Made by a program: the position numbers and the translations under genes. The notes beneath the pieces are model-generated. The model saw nothing but the letters and a program-made list of their open reading frames with translations, was not told the DNA's origin and made no database searches. A stretch of DNA of 64,000 nt from positions 286,564,001 to 286,628,000 of the forward strand of contig OZ024743.1 of the NCBI GenBank assembly GCA_964016885.1. Direction: 5' to 3'. Shown here one piece after another: positions 26,901-41,900 of the stretch (positions are counted from its first letter, which is position 1; every line of letters begins with the position of its first letter). Origin of the DNA: Eledone cirrhosa. Its lineage: Eukaryota.

Positions 26901-29900
26901 CTTCGCCTTAACTGCCTCATCTACCTTATTGTTCCACCACCAAGTCACTCTCCTCCTGCTTGTGGTCTTACTCCAGCCACAGACCTCATCCGTCGCCTCT
27001 AGTAAGTTATTTTTTAGGAACTCCCAGTGCTCTTCTACATTGAATGTCTCTATCTGTTCTTCTCTACTGTCGTAGACGTTCAAGTAAAATATCTTTAAAT
27101 CTGTTACTGGCTGAGGGGTCTTTCAGCTTCCAGATCTTTCTTCTCCAGGTTGGCCTCTGTTTCCAGGTTCGTCTAGTTCTGACTGTGAGGTCGCTGACAA
27201 CTAAGCTATGTTGGGATGTACATTCCTCACTAGGGAAGGCTTTTGTGTTTACGACCGTCCATCTGTCACGTCCTCTGATGAGGATAAAATCTATCTGACT
27301 AGAATGCTCCCCTGATCTATAGGTGATCAGGTGGTTGTCGGGTTTTTTGAAGTTTGTGTTACATATCGACATGTCATTGGCGTCGCAGAATTCTAGAAGT
27401 CTGAATCCTTCTTCATTTCTTGTGCCAACCCCATGGCCTCCATGGACTCTATTGAAGCCGTCGCAGTGTTTACCTACGTGTCCGTTAAAATCTCCTGCGA
27501 TGATTAGGAAGTCATGTCGTTTGTTAGAGCAGTACTGTGCATTAGGGACTCGTAAAATCTATCCTTAAGTTCGTCTGGCAACCCCGATTGGGGTGCGTAA
27601 GCTGATATTATTGTGGTAATTGTTTTATTCAGGACTAGTCTGAGTTTAATGATTCTTGCATTTATTCTTGCATTTACTCTGTACACTGAGATTACTTTAT
27701 CTACCCACTTGTCAGCTAGTAGTATACCTACACCACCCATCCCATCGTCATTTCCCACCCAGAAAAATTTGTAGCACTAACTTTTTCCTACAAGGACTCT
27801 AGCAGACTCTCCTCTCCATCTAGTCTCTTGCACACAGCATACATCAATTTCCTTTCGCTCTAGCATTTCTACGATTTCTCCTGCTCTTCCTTTCATTGTG
27901 CTTACATTGATGGTACCAACTCAGAGTTTTGGGCATTTGTCGACACTCGTAGGATTCATATTCATTTCATCTATTAATTCAGAGTTGCTCCAATTTATTC
28001 TCAGCTCATCCATACATAACGGTAGGAAAATTCAGGGCTAGAAGAACAGTGGTGGTGGTAATAATGGCAGGGTGTGTTGGGCTGGGACGGGGAAGGAGAG
28101 AGTTAGGTAGTAGTAGTAGTAGTAGTAGTAGTAATAGTAGTAGTAGTAGAAGAAATGGCATGCTGAGGTTTGATTGGATATATGTTGAATTAAAGGAAAT
28201 ATGGGAGAAAAATATTGTAATTGATTTAAATGAATGTAAAATGAAATATGGTAATGGTCTGAATGACATGAGGGAAGTCAAAGAAAATCAGGGATTCAAG
28301 CATCTTTACATAGAATGTTGTAATCAAGAAATATTCGATTAAATATTTTCTTGCTATAAAAATGATCTATCTACCTACCTATCTGTCTACCTACCTACCT
28401 ACCTACCTATCTACCTACCTATCTATCTACCTATCTATCTGTTTGTCTATCTATCCCTCTTTTGACAGGTACTGTGCTAATATGCTAATAAAATAAATGT
28501 TTTACATAGAATGTAGGTTATAATTTTATTGGTTGGAGGTGTGAGTAGTGATCGTTTACAACCAATTAAATTTACAATAACTGATACTTATTTTATCAAT
28601 CCTAATGAAAAATATGATGATGATGATGACACTAGATAAAGTCAAAGGAATAATTTTGCCAGGAAAGTAGTTACAATAGTCTTTTTATTTTTTTTTTTAG
28701 TTTGGTCTACCTCTAGAAGAGATTCTAGCAGATCTAGAAATGTCTTTAGTATTTGAAATAGGAATTCTAGAAAATTCAAAAAGGATTAAACAATTTAAAT
28801 CTAACTCAGTGAAGAATCTCATTTTTTGTCTGTCACTACTGTTTGTTCTTTGTATTATTTATGGTTAAGTATTTCATTCCAGTTGTTCTCTATTGTTATT
28901 TAGCCCCACATCAGTTCTGATTGTACTTTCCTTTTGTAAGACAGTAGAATGTTTCAAGCAGGTTAGGACCATATAGAAGATTTCCTTGCTTATGTGGATT
29001 CCCTATTTGTTATACATGGAAGATATATATATAGTGAGAAGATACAAATTTTGATGGATGAAAGGAGATGAGCAATTAACACCTCAGCTAACCATTCAGT
29101 CACACTTGATTTTGTCACTGCATGTACGTGACTGACCTCACATTACACTCTATCAATAACATGCTATAAACATTTAAAAAAAAAAACAATATAGACCTCA
29201 CCATCACATCCTCATCTGGTGAACCAAACACTATCGTTTCAAAGTTACTGCCAAATTTTTCCAAAAATCTACGAACTGTTCCTGAAAGATAAAAGGTAAT
29301 AATGGAGTGAAGGAAGGGGAGAAGTTAAGTTGAAAAGATATTGAAGTGTAAAAAGTTTACATTCCATTGCGATTGCACAAATACATACATGTATACACAC
29401 AATCATCATCATCATTTTATGTCTGCTTTCTATATTGGCATGGGTTGGACAGGTTGTCATGGTCTGAAACTAGACTAGAGACCTAATCTTACTCATATGT
29501 TCCATATTTGGCATAGTTTCTATGGTTGAATGCCATTCCTAATATCAACCACTTTACAGTGTACCACATGCATTTATCATGGCACCAGCTCTATCACTTT
29601 ACAGAGTATGTTGGATGCAAATTATCGTGGCACTAGAATTACCATTTTACAGAGTATGCAAAACAATCTGCTGAGGGCTACAAACCAGATCTATTATTGG
29701 TGCAATGTTCCAGCAAAATGCTAAATGACATGTAGTGAAAAAATTAGAAAAACTGGAAGAAAAGGAGGAGTAAAGAAAAAGAAAAACTAGTGAGAGGAGG
29801 AGCTAGATAAAAGGTATACTTAGCAAGGGGAGAAGTCAAAAGTAAGAAGTTTGCACATGTTCTGCAGAGGATGTTCTGGATTTCAAAGTAATGTATGAAA

Positions 29901-32900
29901 AAGAATCAAGATGTTGAGGAGAATGATAACAGCACACTTACAGATATGGAATGATAAAAGCACACTTGCCCTTACAGATATAAAAGGACAAAAGCAAATT
30001 TGTCCTTATTGACACTGAAAAGAAAAATGCATAGAAGTGCTATTATGGGAGGTTGTTGAATGAGAATGCATCAGAGACAAAAGAGCCTATTCCAAGTAGA
30101 CCCAAAAGAAGTACAAGCCATTGAAGTTGCCAGCAGTACAGGCAAAGTGCTATTAAGGATATGAAGAGAGGGAAAGAAACTAGACCTCCAGCAACAATTG
30201 CTGAGATGCTAGTTCCTCACATAGTCAATCATGTAGTACAGGGAAGTGCCATATCCAATGATTAGCGTAGCAGTATAAGCATCAACTACTACAAGAGAAC
30301 CAAGAGATACACTAAAGAAAGGCAACTACAAAAACATCAAATTGATGAACCAAGTTATGAAAATGATTAAAAACAAAATTAACCTAGAGTTTTAGTTTAC
30401 TTTTGTGTCAGGAAGAGGTACTATCAATGCCCTCTTTCAAGTACAACAACAGCTGGAGAATTATTGAGCTGGGATTAAGCTACTAAATTTAGCATTTGTC
30501 GGTCAGGAGAAGGCCTTTAAAAGGGTTCCTACTTAGGAATTTAGCATGCAAGTAGGTGTCCAGCAGGGCTCAATTCTGAGTCCTTCCCTGTTTATTATTG
30601 TCCTCCAAGCCATAACAGAGGAGCTTAAGATTGGCTTTCCATGGAAATTCCTGTATGCTGTATAGCTGAATCTGTAGAAGGTTTAGAAGAAATACCAGAC
30701 ATGGAAATGTAACCTAGAATTGAGAAAGCTTCAATTAAACTTAACAAAGACTAAAGTTTTATAAAGTAAAAGACAGGATTCTGCAACCATTATAGGAAAT
30801 GGCCGTGCTAGATGTAAACTATGGATACATAAGAGGTGCAATGTGATCACAGACAATCTGAGAGAGAAAGTAAATTTGATATGTGACAGAAGCACAGTAG
30901 TCAGTAGTGAATGTGGACATGAAACAAATTCCTTTAAATGCTTGGAAAACCTCCTAGTAGTTGATAGCTTTTATTACCAAAGCAACCTATCTGGCAGTAG
31001 AAAAAGTCCAGGGAACTATTACCTCTGCTGGTAAAAAGAGGTTTCCCTCTAAGAGAAAAGCTGGATTGAATACTGCATGACACTAATGATTTTGTCAATT
31101 TGCTACTTAAGGACTGATATTATGAAGCATAATTTAAGTAGTTCAAGGTATTTGATACTATGGTCAGAGGATCAAACTACACTATTTTATTCAGGTGAAT
31201 TCTAGCTGAATTCATCTACAGATACCATTTGGTAACATCATTTACAAAAACAATTTATATAAAAAAAGATTACCCACACAGGCAGTTATGCAGGTCTAAA
31301 CGAAATTTAATAGTTTAAATGAACAGTAATAATTCCACAAAAATCGCCAGTAAGTAGAGAAGGTGACTATTTCTTTTAAATTTTTCTCTTCAAAATCACT
31401 AACCCTAACCTAAACGTAAATCAATTCACCAGATTTCACAGTATTGTCAGCCCTTTTTGCAAGGTATATACACATCTTGATTCAGCATGCATAGTTGACA
31501 AGTTCCTTTTTACTTTATAGTTTAGAGGTTTACAGTATAAAAAGACTTAAGTTGTAAAACAATTCATTCTAATAATAGGCAATACTTAAAACTTACAAAA
31601 AAACACAAAAATGCACCCACAGATGGCAACATGGAAAAATTGATAGAAGTAAAGGAAAATATACAGAAAACTCACTGATGGCTAAATGAGCACCCTCTAT
31701 AAGTGGATATCCCCGCTGTGATGAGTGGATTGGGTATATGCCCACAGACTGGATACTATGTTCCCTGTGGAAATAAAATTGAAAATGTAATATAATGTCA
31801 ACATATATTTTAACACACACACACAGGTTGTTGGGCATACATGTATACAATGTTTGATGTTATGGCATGCATGCCTTGCCCCCACCTTGCTCTCTCTCTC
31901 TCTATATATATATATAAATATGTAAGGTGATCGTGTAGGAGACACGGTGAAAAGGCTCCCAGTCCACACTGTAAATGTGGTTGGTGTTAGGAAGGGCATC
32001 TAGCTGTAAAAAAACCTGCCAGAGACGCTTCCGTGTGAGCTTCCGTGTTAGCGCAACTAATTAGAGAAAGGGTCAAACTAGATGAGATGCAGTTTGGTTT
32101 TGTGCCTGGGAAAAGTACAACAGATGCCTTCTTCTTAGTGAGACAATTACAAGAGAGGTTCTTAGAGAAGAATAAGCCACTATACTTAGCTTTTGTTGAT
32201 CTAGAGAACGCCTTTGATAGGGTACCCCGATCTGTCATCTGGTGGTCCCTAAGGAAACTATGTGTTGTGGAGACAGTGCAAGTTTTGTACAGAGGTGCTG
32301 TCAGTAAAGTGAGGAATTCCAGATACAAGTAGGAGTACATCAAGGTTCGGTCCTCAGCCCGCTCTTGTTCATTATAGTCCTCCAAGCCATAATAGAGGAG
32401 TTTAAGACTGTCTGTCCATGGGAACTTCTCTATGCTGACTATCTGGTTCTTATAGCAGAATCAGTAGAAGAGCTAGAGAATAAATTCTGGCTATGGAAAC
32501 AGCAGTTGGAATCAAGAGGACTGAGAGTGAACCTAGCTAAGATAAAAATGTTGATGAGTAGAAAAGAGGACAAAACTCTGATTCCGCCAGGGAAATGGCC
32601 ATGTCCAATATGCAGAAAAGGAACTGGCATAAATTCTATAAAATGTACACAATGCAGATCTTGGGTACACAAGAGATGTAGTGGGATAGCAGGCAAACTA
32701 ACAAGTAGGGAGAAATACGTATGCAGTAGATGTACAGGGAAATTTGACAGTAGAAGTCGCATTGATAGACACATTTTTCAAATGCAGGGGGATGCTATAG
32801 AAGTGGTTGATAGCTTCCGGTACCTAGGGGATCAGATTAGCATAGGGGGGTGTTCCGAGGCCATAGTATCTAGAATAAGGACGGGTTGGAAGAAGTTTAG

Positions 32901-35900
32901 GGAGCTGCTTCCTCTGCTGACGAAGGGTTTCTCCCTGCATACGAAAGGCCAGTTATATGATGCCTGTGTGAGGTGCGCGATGCTGCATGGTAGTGAGACA
33001 TGGGCAGCAACTACAGAGGATATGCACGGCTGGAGAGAAATGAGGCAAGCATGCTCCGTTGGATGTGTTGAGATGTGTTGAGACAGAAACTGAGAGGGAT
33101 AAATTGTAGTTTGCAGGAGAAGAGACTGCGATGGTATGGACATGTGATACGCATGGAGGATGACCGATGGGTGAAGAAATGCCAAGAAATGCCAGTTGAA
33201 GGAAGACGTAGTAAAGGAAGACCACGAAAAAGATAGGTGGAGGTGGTGAGAGCTGACCTCAGATCACTGAAGCTCACGGTGGAGATGACAAAGGACCGTG
33301 ACAAGTGGAGAGGTGCTGTGCTGAATAGGACCTGTCCCACCCTTGCAAGCAGGGAAAAGCGGACGGAAAATGATGATGATGGTAAGACACTAGACGTTTC
33401 TGCTTTCAGCTAGGGTAGACCGGCCCTTTTTGGAGATGCACCGCTCACCCATACCACATAGGAAGGGTTAAGAAAAGGAGACCTAAATAAAGCCTGTTCA
33501 CTCATCAAACTGGCCAGCAGCCTGCAGTTAGTGGCGGTTCATAATTGCAGGGAATTTGTTGAAGAGATGGCTGTCTTCTGTAAAGAAGTGGCAGTTATAT
33601 ATATATATATATACATGTGGTGAAAGAGAGAGACAGAGAGATGGATGGAAGGACAAACACATGGATAGACAGATAGATAGATAAATAAATAGAGATAGAC
33701 AAAGATGTTGACAGACAGATAGAGATAGATAGATATGTTTCTTTATTAGCCACAGGGCACAAAAGAAGAGGACAAATACAAAGGGGGAAGTTTACATACA
33801 ATAAAAACGTGTAAAATATTATCAAATGCAATTTAAAAAATTAGTCGATTTTCCCCAATAGGGGGAGACAGTTCATATGGGTAACACATACCCCCGAAAA
33901 AATGTGCAACCCTCATCTCCAGGAGTACGAAGAGTTTGTACCCCTTTCCTCTCTTTCCTCAACCTACAGGCTGATATAGAGAGAAGGCCCATTCACTCGG
34001 GCCATTTTCGCCACTTTCACCCACCTTTCATAAAACTTGCTGGGGTACAGCACCTCTCTCTCCATCCTGATTCTTCTTCCAAAGTGGTATTTGAAAAAAA
34101 GAATCAGTTGTTGGCCGGAGAGAAAAATGTCTGACCTCAGCCCTTTCAACCTTGTCCACCATACAACCTCTTTCGCCATAGCTATCATACAAAGGAAAAC
34201 CGCCTCTCCTTCGTTTTTGAAGGAGGGTGGCGGTTTGATTATGACAATGGACTCGGTGGTTAACCGGATTGGTCCCACCCGCGACAATAGTCATTCTACA
34301 TAGCTCCACAGGTCAGTGACGCCCGGGCAGTGTATGAATGTGTGCGCGACGGTTTCTTCGTCTCGCACGCACCTTGGACAGATCTTTTTTGCAGGGTCCC
34401 TGCCCGGGCGCCCATGTCTGTAGAGCTTGTCTCGAACTGGTAGAGCTCCTCGGTAGCACTGCCAGCCCAGGGACTTTTGGAAGTTGTCCATCGGTCCCGG
34501 GCGGAAGGTCCTACCGAACAGACTGGTCAGTTCATCTTCTTCTACGCCTAGAGTTTCACCGAGCGCGTCGTCGCACTTGCTGCGGATCAACCCTCTATAG
34601 AATGACGAAGTGGAGTCTCCACTGATCACCGGGTCCGCCTGCCAGAGGGCTGTGAGCGCCTGAGCACATTCGATATGCCAGTCGCCCATTTTCCTCGGTC
34701 TTTGCTTGACCCAGGACTGCAGCTCGGTCAGCGAGTCGTGGGAAGGCTCGCTTCACGAACGGGGCCCACACCGGATGTCCGGTGAGGAATACGTAGAGAT
34801 GCCGCAGCCTGAGTGCGTATTTGCGCATCGTCAGCCACGGCATCCCCAGCCCTCCGTTAGAAGGGTGTTGGCAGCAGATGGATCTTCTCACCAAAGGAGC
34901 CCACCTCTTCCAAAGGAATTGGAAGAGCGCACGCTCCATTTTGGTGAGCGTTTTGGCTGGATAAGGCACGACGGTCAAGCGGTAGTAGATGGCGGACGCT
35001 ATAAAAGTGTTCGCCACCTCCGCTCGACCTTTCAAGGATAGTTTGCACTCGGCCCACTTCTGGGTGAGTGCAAACACCTTGGCCGTCACTTCGTTCCAGT
35101 TCTTCTCCACCTGGAGGTCCGGACCAAACCAGACCCCGAGCAGCTTTACCGCTCCTTCCGTCCAGCGTCCGATGACGCCATCGGAAGGCATCGGTTTACC
35201 TCTCGACAATCCGAGTTGCAAACCAATGGACTTGTCCCGGTTCAGCTTCGCTCCTGTGAAACTTTCGTATTCCTTCAGTAAGGTGCCGACTTCCCCGATT
35301 TGCGAGGCAGTCGACACCATTATTGTCACGTCGTCAGCGTAGGCCGACGCCGCTTTCCGCAGTCCCGGTTCCAGAGGGATGCCCTGCAATAGCTCCAACT
35401 TCCGCAGTAGTGGCTCGAGAGTCAGTACGTACAGAAGGGAGGAGAGAGGGCATCCCTGTCGAATGGATCGCGTAATATGGAACGGCTCCGAGAGGTAGCC
35501 ATTCACCTTGACCCTTGAGCAGATGTTGCTGTTGTGCATTGCAGCAATCCAGCCCCTGAACACGGGTCCGAAGCCTGCCGCCTCGAGCACCGCATCCAGA
35601 TAACGATGGTCAACCCTATCGAAAGCCTTAGACTGATCCAAGTTGAGCAGGGCCCCACCGAAGCCGGGTTTACATCCTACTCTCTCTATGATGTATCGCA
35701 TGAGGTGGAGGTTGTCGTGTATGGACCAGGTCGGGATTGCGCATGTCTGCGCTTCTCCCACCAGGTTCTCGACGACAAGCGCCAGCCTCTTTGCCAACAC
35801 CTTGGCCAAAATCTGTAACTCTGTGTTTAGCAGAGTTATGGGCCGGAAGTTGCCTATGTCATCCCCCTTATTCTCGTCCTTCCTGACTAGTGTGACTACG

Positions 35901-38900
35901 CCCCCGGTCACAGAACTGGGAATTCTCCCGTTCTGTTGCCAGTTGCAGTAGACCGCTTCCAGGAGACCGGAGAATAAGTCCGGCATTGTTACGTAAAATT
36001 CGTAGGGTAGACCGTCGAGACCTGGAGATTTGCGTTTGCCGCATTGGCTCAGCGCGTCCCCTATCTCAGCGGCTGAAATCGGCTTTTCGCAGAACTTTGA
36101 GGGATAGATAGATAGATAGATAGATGGACATGCAGGCAGATGGATGAACACAGTTTTTTACTTATAAACAAACAAGCACACACATTTATACATATATCTT
36201 GTAATACATGAAAGCATAAACATTTGTTTTTGTGTCTCAGGTCATGTGTGCAGTACAGCTTCCAATCAACCACCCAAATGCATGTCATGTGATCATGCAT
36301 TATATATAAAGTGGTAGTAAAAGTGGTATGTAAAAGTGGTAGTGCCAACATTACAATAAAATGTTCCTAGTACATGCTGTAAAGTGGTTGGTGTTAGGAA
36401 GGACATCCAGCTATAGAAACCATGCTCCCAGTACATGCTGTAGTTGGTGTTAGAAAGGACATCCAGCTGTAGAAACCATGCTTCCAGTACACACTGTAAA
36501 ATGGTTGGTGTTAGGAAGGGGATCCAGCCATAGAAACCAAACCAAAACAAAACACAAAAGCAGGACCTGGTCACCTGACCAGTCAGACTTCAGCACATGA
36601 CAGCCGTCTAACCTATGCGAGCATGGAAAATTATGTTAAATGATGATCATGATATCATCATCACTGTTTTACGTCCATTCTTCCATGCTGGCATAGGTTG
36701 GTCGGGTTATCTTGTGGACAATGCCAGGTCAGGTGTCCATGTCTTGCTCATACAGAATAGATTTTGGCTTGATTTCTACAGCTCGATGCTCTTCCTAACA
36801 CCAACCTCATTTACAGTGAGTACTGGGTGCCTTTTTACCATGGCAACTAGATGACTACTGTACAGTGTGGACTGGGTGCTTTTTTTGTCGTGACACCTTC
36901 ACGACCACTTTACAGTGGGAAGGGGACATCGTTTTTACATCCACTTTTTCACGCTTGCATGGGTTGGATATATATATATATTTTAAAAAGGGTTGAGTGA
37001 GTATAATGTAATTTGTTTTGTTTTAGGTTCTTTTTTATTAATGGTATATGGTCGGAGTTTGTTAAATGGTGGTTGATGCTGCTTATGTAACAGAGTAGTG
37101 GTTCCTTGCATATATAAAAATCAAATAATTTGATGACTAGCAGCCTGATGATGTCCATCACCTTCAGTATAGGTTTGGTTATTGTTATGTCACATTATAC
37201 TAAAAAATAAATGACTTTAGCTCTAATGCATTAAATTTTTGTATTTAGTGAGTTTCAGAATAGTAGGTGATGAGAAGGGAGGACGGCACTTTTAACACCA
37301 TCTTAGCAGAGAGGATATAGATATTCATATAATATTAGTGTGATGTTCATTTCAAATTTTTGCAGATTAGCAATAGTAAGAAAAACATGAATAAGACAAG
37401 TGTTTCCTGAGAGATACAGTTCCAGGGAGGAAAGCTAGAGCAAAGTACTTAGTATAGAGTCTCAAGACATCTTTAAATGATACTTACAAAGCAACTTGAA
37501 GTACATTCCGGTAACAATTATATAGAGCACTTTCAGCTGCAGTTGTATATTTGACATTATAGCGTGGGCCAACAGTATGTATGACATACCGCGCCAATAA
37601 CTGATGACCTTTTGACAGACGTGCCTCACCAGTTTTGAAACCTGAAAACAGAAATTAGACAAAAAGAAATCATTACTATTGAAGCTTTATATTACAACAG
37701 GTATTAAAATGAAGATAAAACTAGACATCGAGTTTAAATATTCTCAAAACGTCAAAGTGATAAGTGTTGGAGTAAATTTCTGAATCTGTATTCCATTCCT
37801 ATTTTTCACTTGAGAAAGTATGTTACAATCTCACTTCAACTTGCACATTGTTGAATTAAACAATTGGTTTCACAGCTGGATGCTTGATCTATTAAATAAC
37901 TTAGATAAGATTGTCATGACTGCAATGCCCTTTGGTCACACATCTGTTGGATCAAGGCTGACAGAGAGATAAACACCATTAAAAGAAAAAATACAAAACT
38001 GGAAATGGTTCTTGAATGAAGTAATTATGTCTGCAAAGAAAATTGTTGTTTGTGAACTGTGTCTAACAGCTCTCTCTTTTTCTCTCTTACATTATTAAAT
38101 TCAAATCAAAGGGTTCTTATGAGACTCTCTGACAAAGTATATATAATGAGCAAATAGAGGGCGCAGAGAAAAAAAATTAATAAAAAATGGAGAGAAGGGG
38201 AAAATGAAAGTAAAAGAATAAGTTGAAAAAAAGAAAAAAGGGAAAAAAGGAAGTGTAGGTGGGGAAAACACAAGAAAAACTTTTTTAAAAAATATTTAAC
38301 TAGCACTGACCTCGTACATTGGTATTAATATCAGTAAACATATCTGGACCAGCTTGCTTGAAAAGGTGTGCTGTTATTGCATACTTTTCACTAAAATTTT
38401 CATTGGTAGGATGCACTACAGCATGAACATTCAATTGAAGTATGTCTCCTTTCCTGCAAATATTATCAATATAATTCTATAAATATTTATTTTAAGTCAA
38501 GTGGTTGTGATTACCCCCCCCCCCCAAAAAAAAAAACAAAAAAAAAACAACAACAACAGAAAAACCACCAAGGTATAAGACATTCTGATAGAAACCCACA
38601 ACGCATACATGTGCTAAAACAAACAACAAATCTTAACCATTAAACTGTTTACAAGACTATTATTATCTCCCAGCATTAATTATTTTCCTACTGTAGTCAA
38701 CATGCAATATTTAATAGTTTGAGTTGTAGGAAGAAGGAAATATTTGTGGTCTTATCTCCTTTGTTATCAAAGTTCACTGCTTTCTGGTATCACTCCAAGA
38801 AAATTCCCATCTTACTTTCACTTCATCTCATAATAATAATAAATATAAACTTCAATTTTGAATGAGAAGTTTGTTTTTTTTTTTGGTCAATATAAACTAT

Positions 38901-41900
38901 TCTACATAATGCTTCCACAACCCTCCCCAGTGGGTTGAACTTGCAGATGTGATGACTGAATATCAAACAAACAAAATTAGTTCTTTCAATGAAGTACAAG
39001 GACATAAAGCAGGAACTAAGAAATAAGCATAAATCTATTGTTAAAGCATTAATTATAACTGTAGGCTAAAAATATCACATATATTAGAAACATTTCCAGT
39101 CAGACATTTGAGCAGTGTCATAGAAGACAGTGATTAAAAAAAAAAGTTTATAAACACACTGAAGTAAAGTGAATGTTGAAAGTTCGCTGATATGCTCATA
39201 ATATTTATAAAGCTTAGTCATTAGCTAAAAGAGGGATGGTATTTTTAGTCAGCTTTCTCAACAGATTTTGATCAACTTGAGAGGACTACAATAATTCCAG
39301 CTATTGCTTTCTTATAATAACAAGTCATAATCATAAAATATTATGAGGCAAAATAATAAACAACATCAAGCTCAGCTTCCAGCTGTTAAACTAGGCACAA
39401 ACAACATGTGAGACAGTTTGAATACAGGATGAAATGGCCAGAAGTTATATCAACATTAAATCTTCTAATACACACCATGTTTTGCATAAATATTTAGTAT
39501 TTAATTAATTACATGGTCAAATGAATGCATGTCATGTAAATTTCAGTTATACTCTACACCCTGCTGGACATAAATAGTAACTGCTATAAGATCACTCTGT
39601 AGACCGAATAATATAGGTAGTAGTTTTCTGATGAAGGAACAATAATCTCTGAAATACATTAAGATAATGTTATGGTTATTTGAACAGAGGGAATAATAAT
39701 GTGTTTACACTTCATTCTTTTCACAGTGAAGCGTCTAATAATAAAAAAAACAAAAAAACCTGTAGTTCTATCTCCATTAATTTTATCTTAAATCTTCTAA
39801 TATATGCTACATATTTACTATTTAATATCATCATTATCATTTAATGTCCATTTTCCACACTAGTATGGGTTAGACTGGTTGTTCTATTAGAGGCAAGCCA
39901 GGTCAGGCATCTGTGTCTTGCTCATAAAGGACCGCATCACAAAATTCAAGCAGTCTCCCTCCTTCATTTCTTGAGCCATAACCATGCCCACCATGTACCC
40001 CAGTGTATCCATCCTGGAGCTGTCCAACATGACCATTGAAGTCCCCTGCTAGCATAACGATGTCTCCGTCCTCTGTCATTGTGGCTGCTTCTAAAAGTTG
40101 CTCGTAAAAGCAGTCTTTCTCTTCTTTACCTAAGCCCGCTTGGGGAGCATAGGCAGAGATAATTGTCAGCAGTCTCTTGCCTACAACTAATCTAAGCTTA
40201 ATTATTCTATTACTAACTCTAACTACCTCTATTGTCTTATTATTACTAGGATATAGATATGAGAATAGAATCTTTTAAAACACTCATTAAAAACCCTTCT
40301 GATGAATTTTTATCTATTATTTTGTAAATCATGGTCATCATTATCTGCTTTTGATGTGTTCCTGTGGGTAACTTTGGTTAGTGTATTGGAGGAGACCTTC
40401 AAGGGCTGCTCATACACCCCCCGCCCCATAAAACCACGAGTGTCCTGATCTCTAGGGCAAGTGCCTTGACCCAGTTCTCCTCCAATCTACAGACGCAAAC
40501 TCAGAGCAGGCTCATTCACTCAGGCCTTGTTTGCTTCTCTCACCCACCTTTCAAGAAACTGGCTGGAAGGCAGCACTTCCCTTCTCTACCCTGATTTTCC
40601 TTTTTAAGTGAAACCTGAAGAAGTTACCGTATTTCCCGGCGCAGAAGACGCTTTGTCTTTGAGGACGCACACTAATTTTGACAACCAAAAATTTGAAAAA
40701 AATTAATAAACAACCATCGGCCTCCAGGACGCATGTTAGATTTTTGAGACCTGATTTTCTTCTTCAAGTGAAACCTGAAAAAGTTAATCAGGGTTTTGCT
40801 GATGGGGAATGATAATACTACTAATAATGATAATTACACTTTTATTTGCCACAGGGCAACATTAACAAAACAATATAGCAACAAAGATTTTAGGGATGTA
40901 CATAATTGTCTATAGTTATAATTATTTAATCCATACCTCATAAAAGTACCACTTTACACGTACAGCTCATGTTTGGCACATGACTTAATGAGACCTAGAA
41001 TATTTAGTTATTATAGGCTTCTTTATAAAAGAAACTTGTTGGGTAGGCAGAAGCTTTTAAATGTTTTCTCTTTTGTCACATTCAACTAATATTAACTTTG
41101 TTGACAAAAATAGAAAAATATAAAGTTTTGCAGTCAATGACCAGTAAACAATGAAGTAAAAAAATAAAATAAAAAATGAATAACAGTGAAATAATGAAAA
41201 ACAAAATGTTTAAGAGTAAAATATATCTAAAAAAAGCTATAAAGACAATAATAATAGTTTCTAACATTGACATAAACACAGAAATTTGGGTGTGGAGCTA
41301 TTTGGCGCTCTCGACTACTCTCAACTACTCTAACAAAATTTACCAATATGTGATACAACCGTCAGTCAGTGGATAGATGAAATGACTATTGGCGTTGAAA
41401 ATCAGCTTACATCTATACTTCAAACAAGATCATTTTCATTGCAAGTAGATGGGTCAAATGCTTTAATATTCACCCATGTTTATTATTTTGATAACAACTG
41501 CAAGAAAACATGTTTTTGTCAATGCTTTCACTACTGAATATAAAAGTTGCAGCTGTTTAATGATACTTTGAAAAACATAATACACCATTGATAAATATTG
41601 TGGTTTGTGCAACAGTAATGACTGGTAGCTACCAAGGTTTTTAGCATATTTTAAGAAACACATCCAGAACAGTTTGTGTGTTCATTGTGTGATCCACAGG
41701 CAACATCTAGTTGCAAAGAAAATAAGTTAAAGTTTGTATATATCTTCAAAAGTTGTAATAAATGTAATTAACAAAATGTAAAACATGGTTGAATATTCTG
41801 GCAACTTAGCAAGGACTTTGATGAAAGATATACTTGATTGATTTTCCACCAAGAGTCCTCATGAACCTGCCAAACAAAAGAACAAGAAGACTCTTCAGCT

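Noticed and set aside
27960-28105. HDV-like ribozyme at the 5' end of the near full-length RTE
   Set aside because: Expected for some RTEs, but I could not build the nested double pseudoknot from this sequence.
34595-36151. 518-aa ORF as an intact gene
   Set aside because: The N-terminus is translated microsatellite (SIYLSIYP); the rest is a 5'-truncated, frameshifted Tx1 ORF2.
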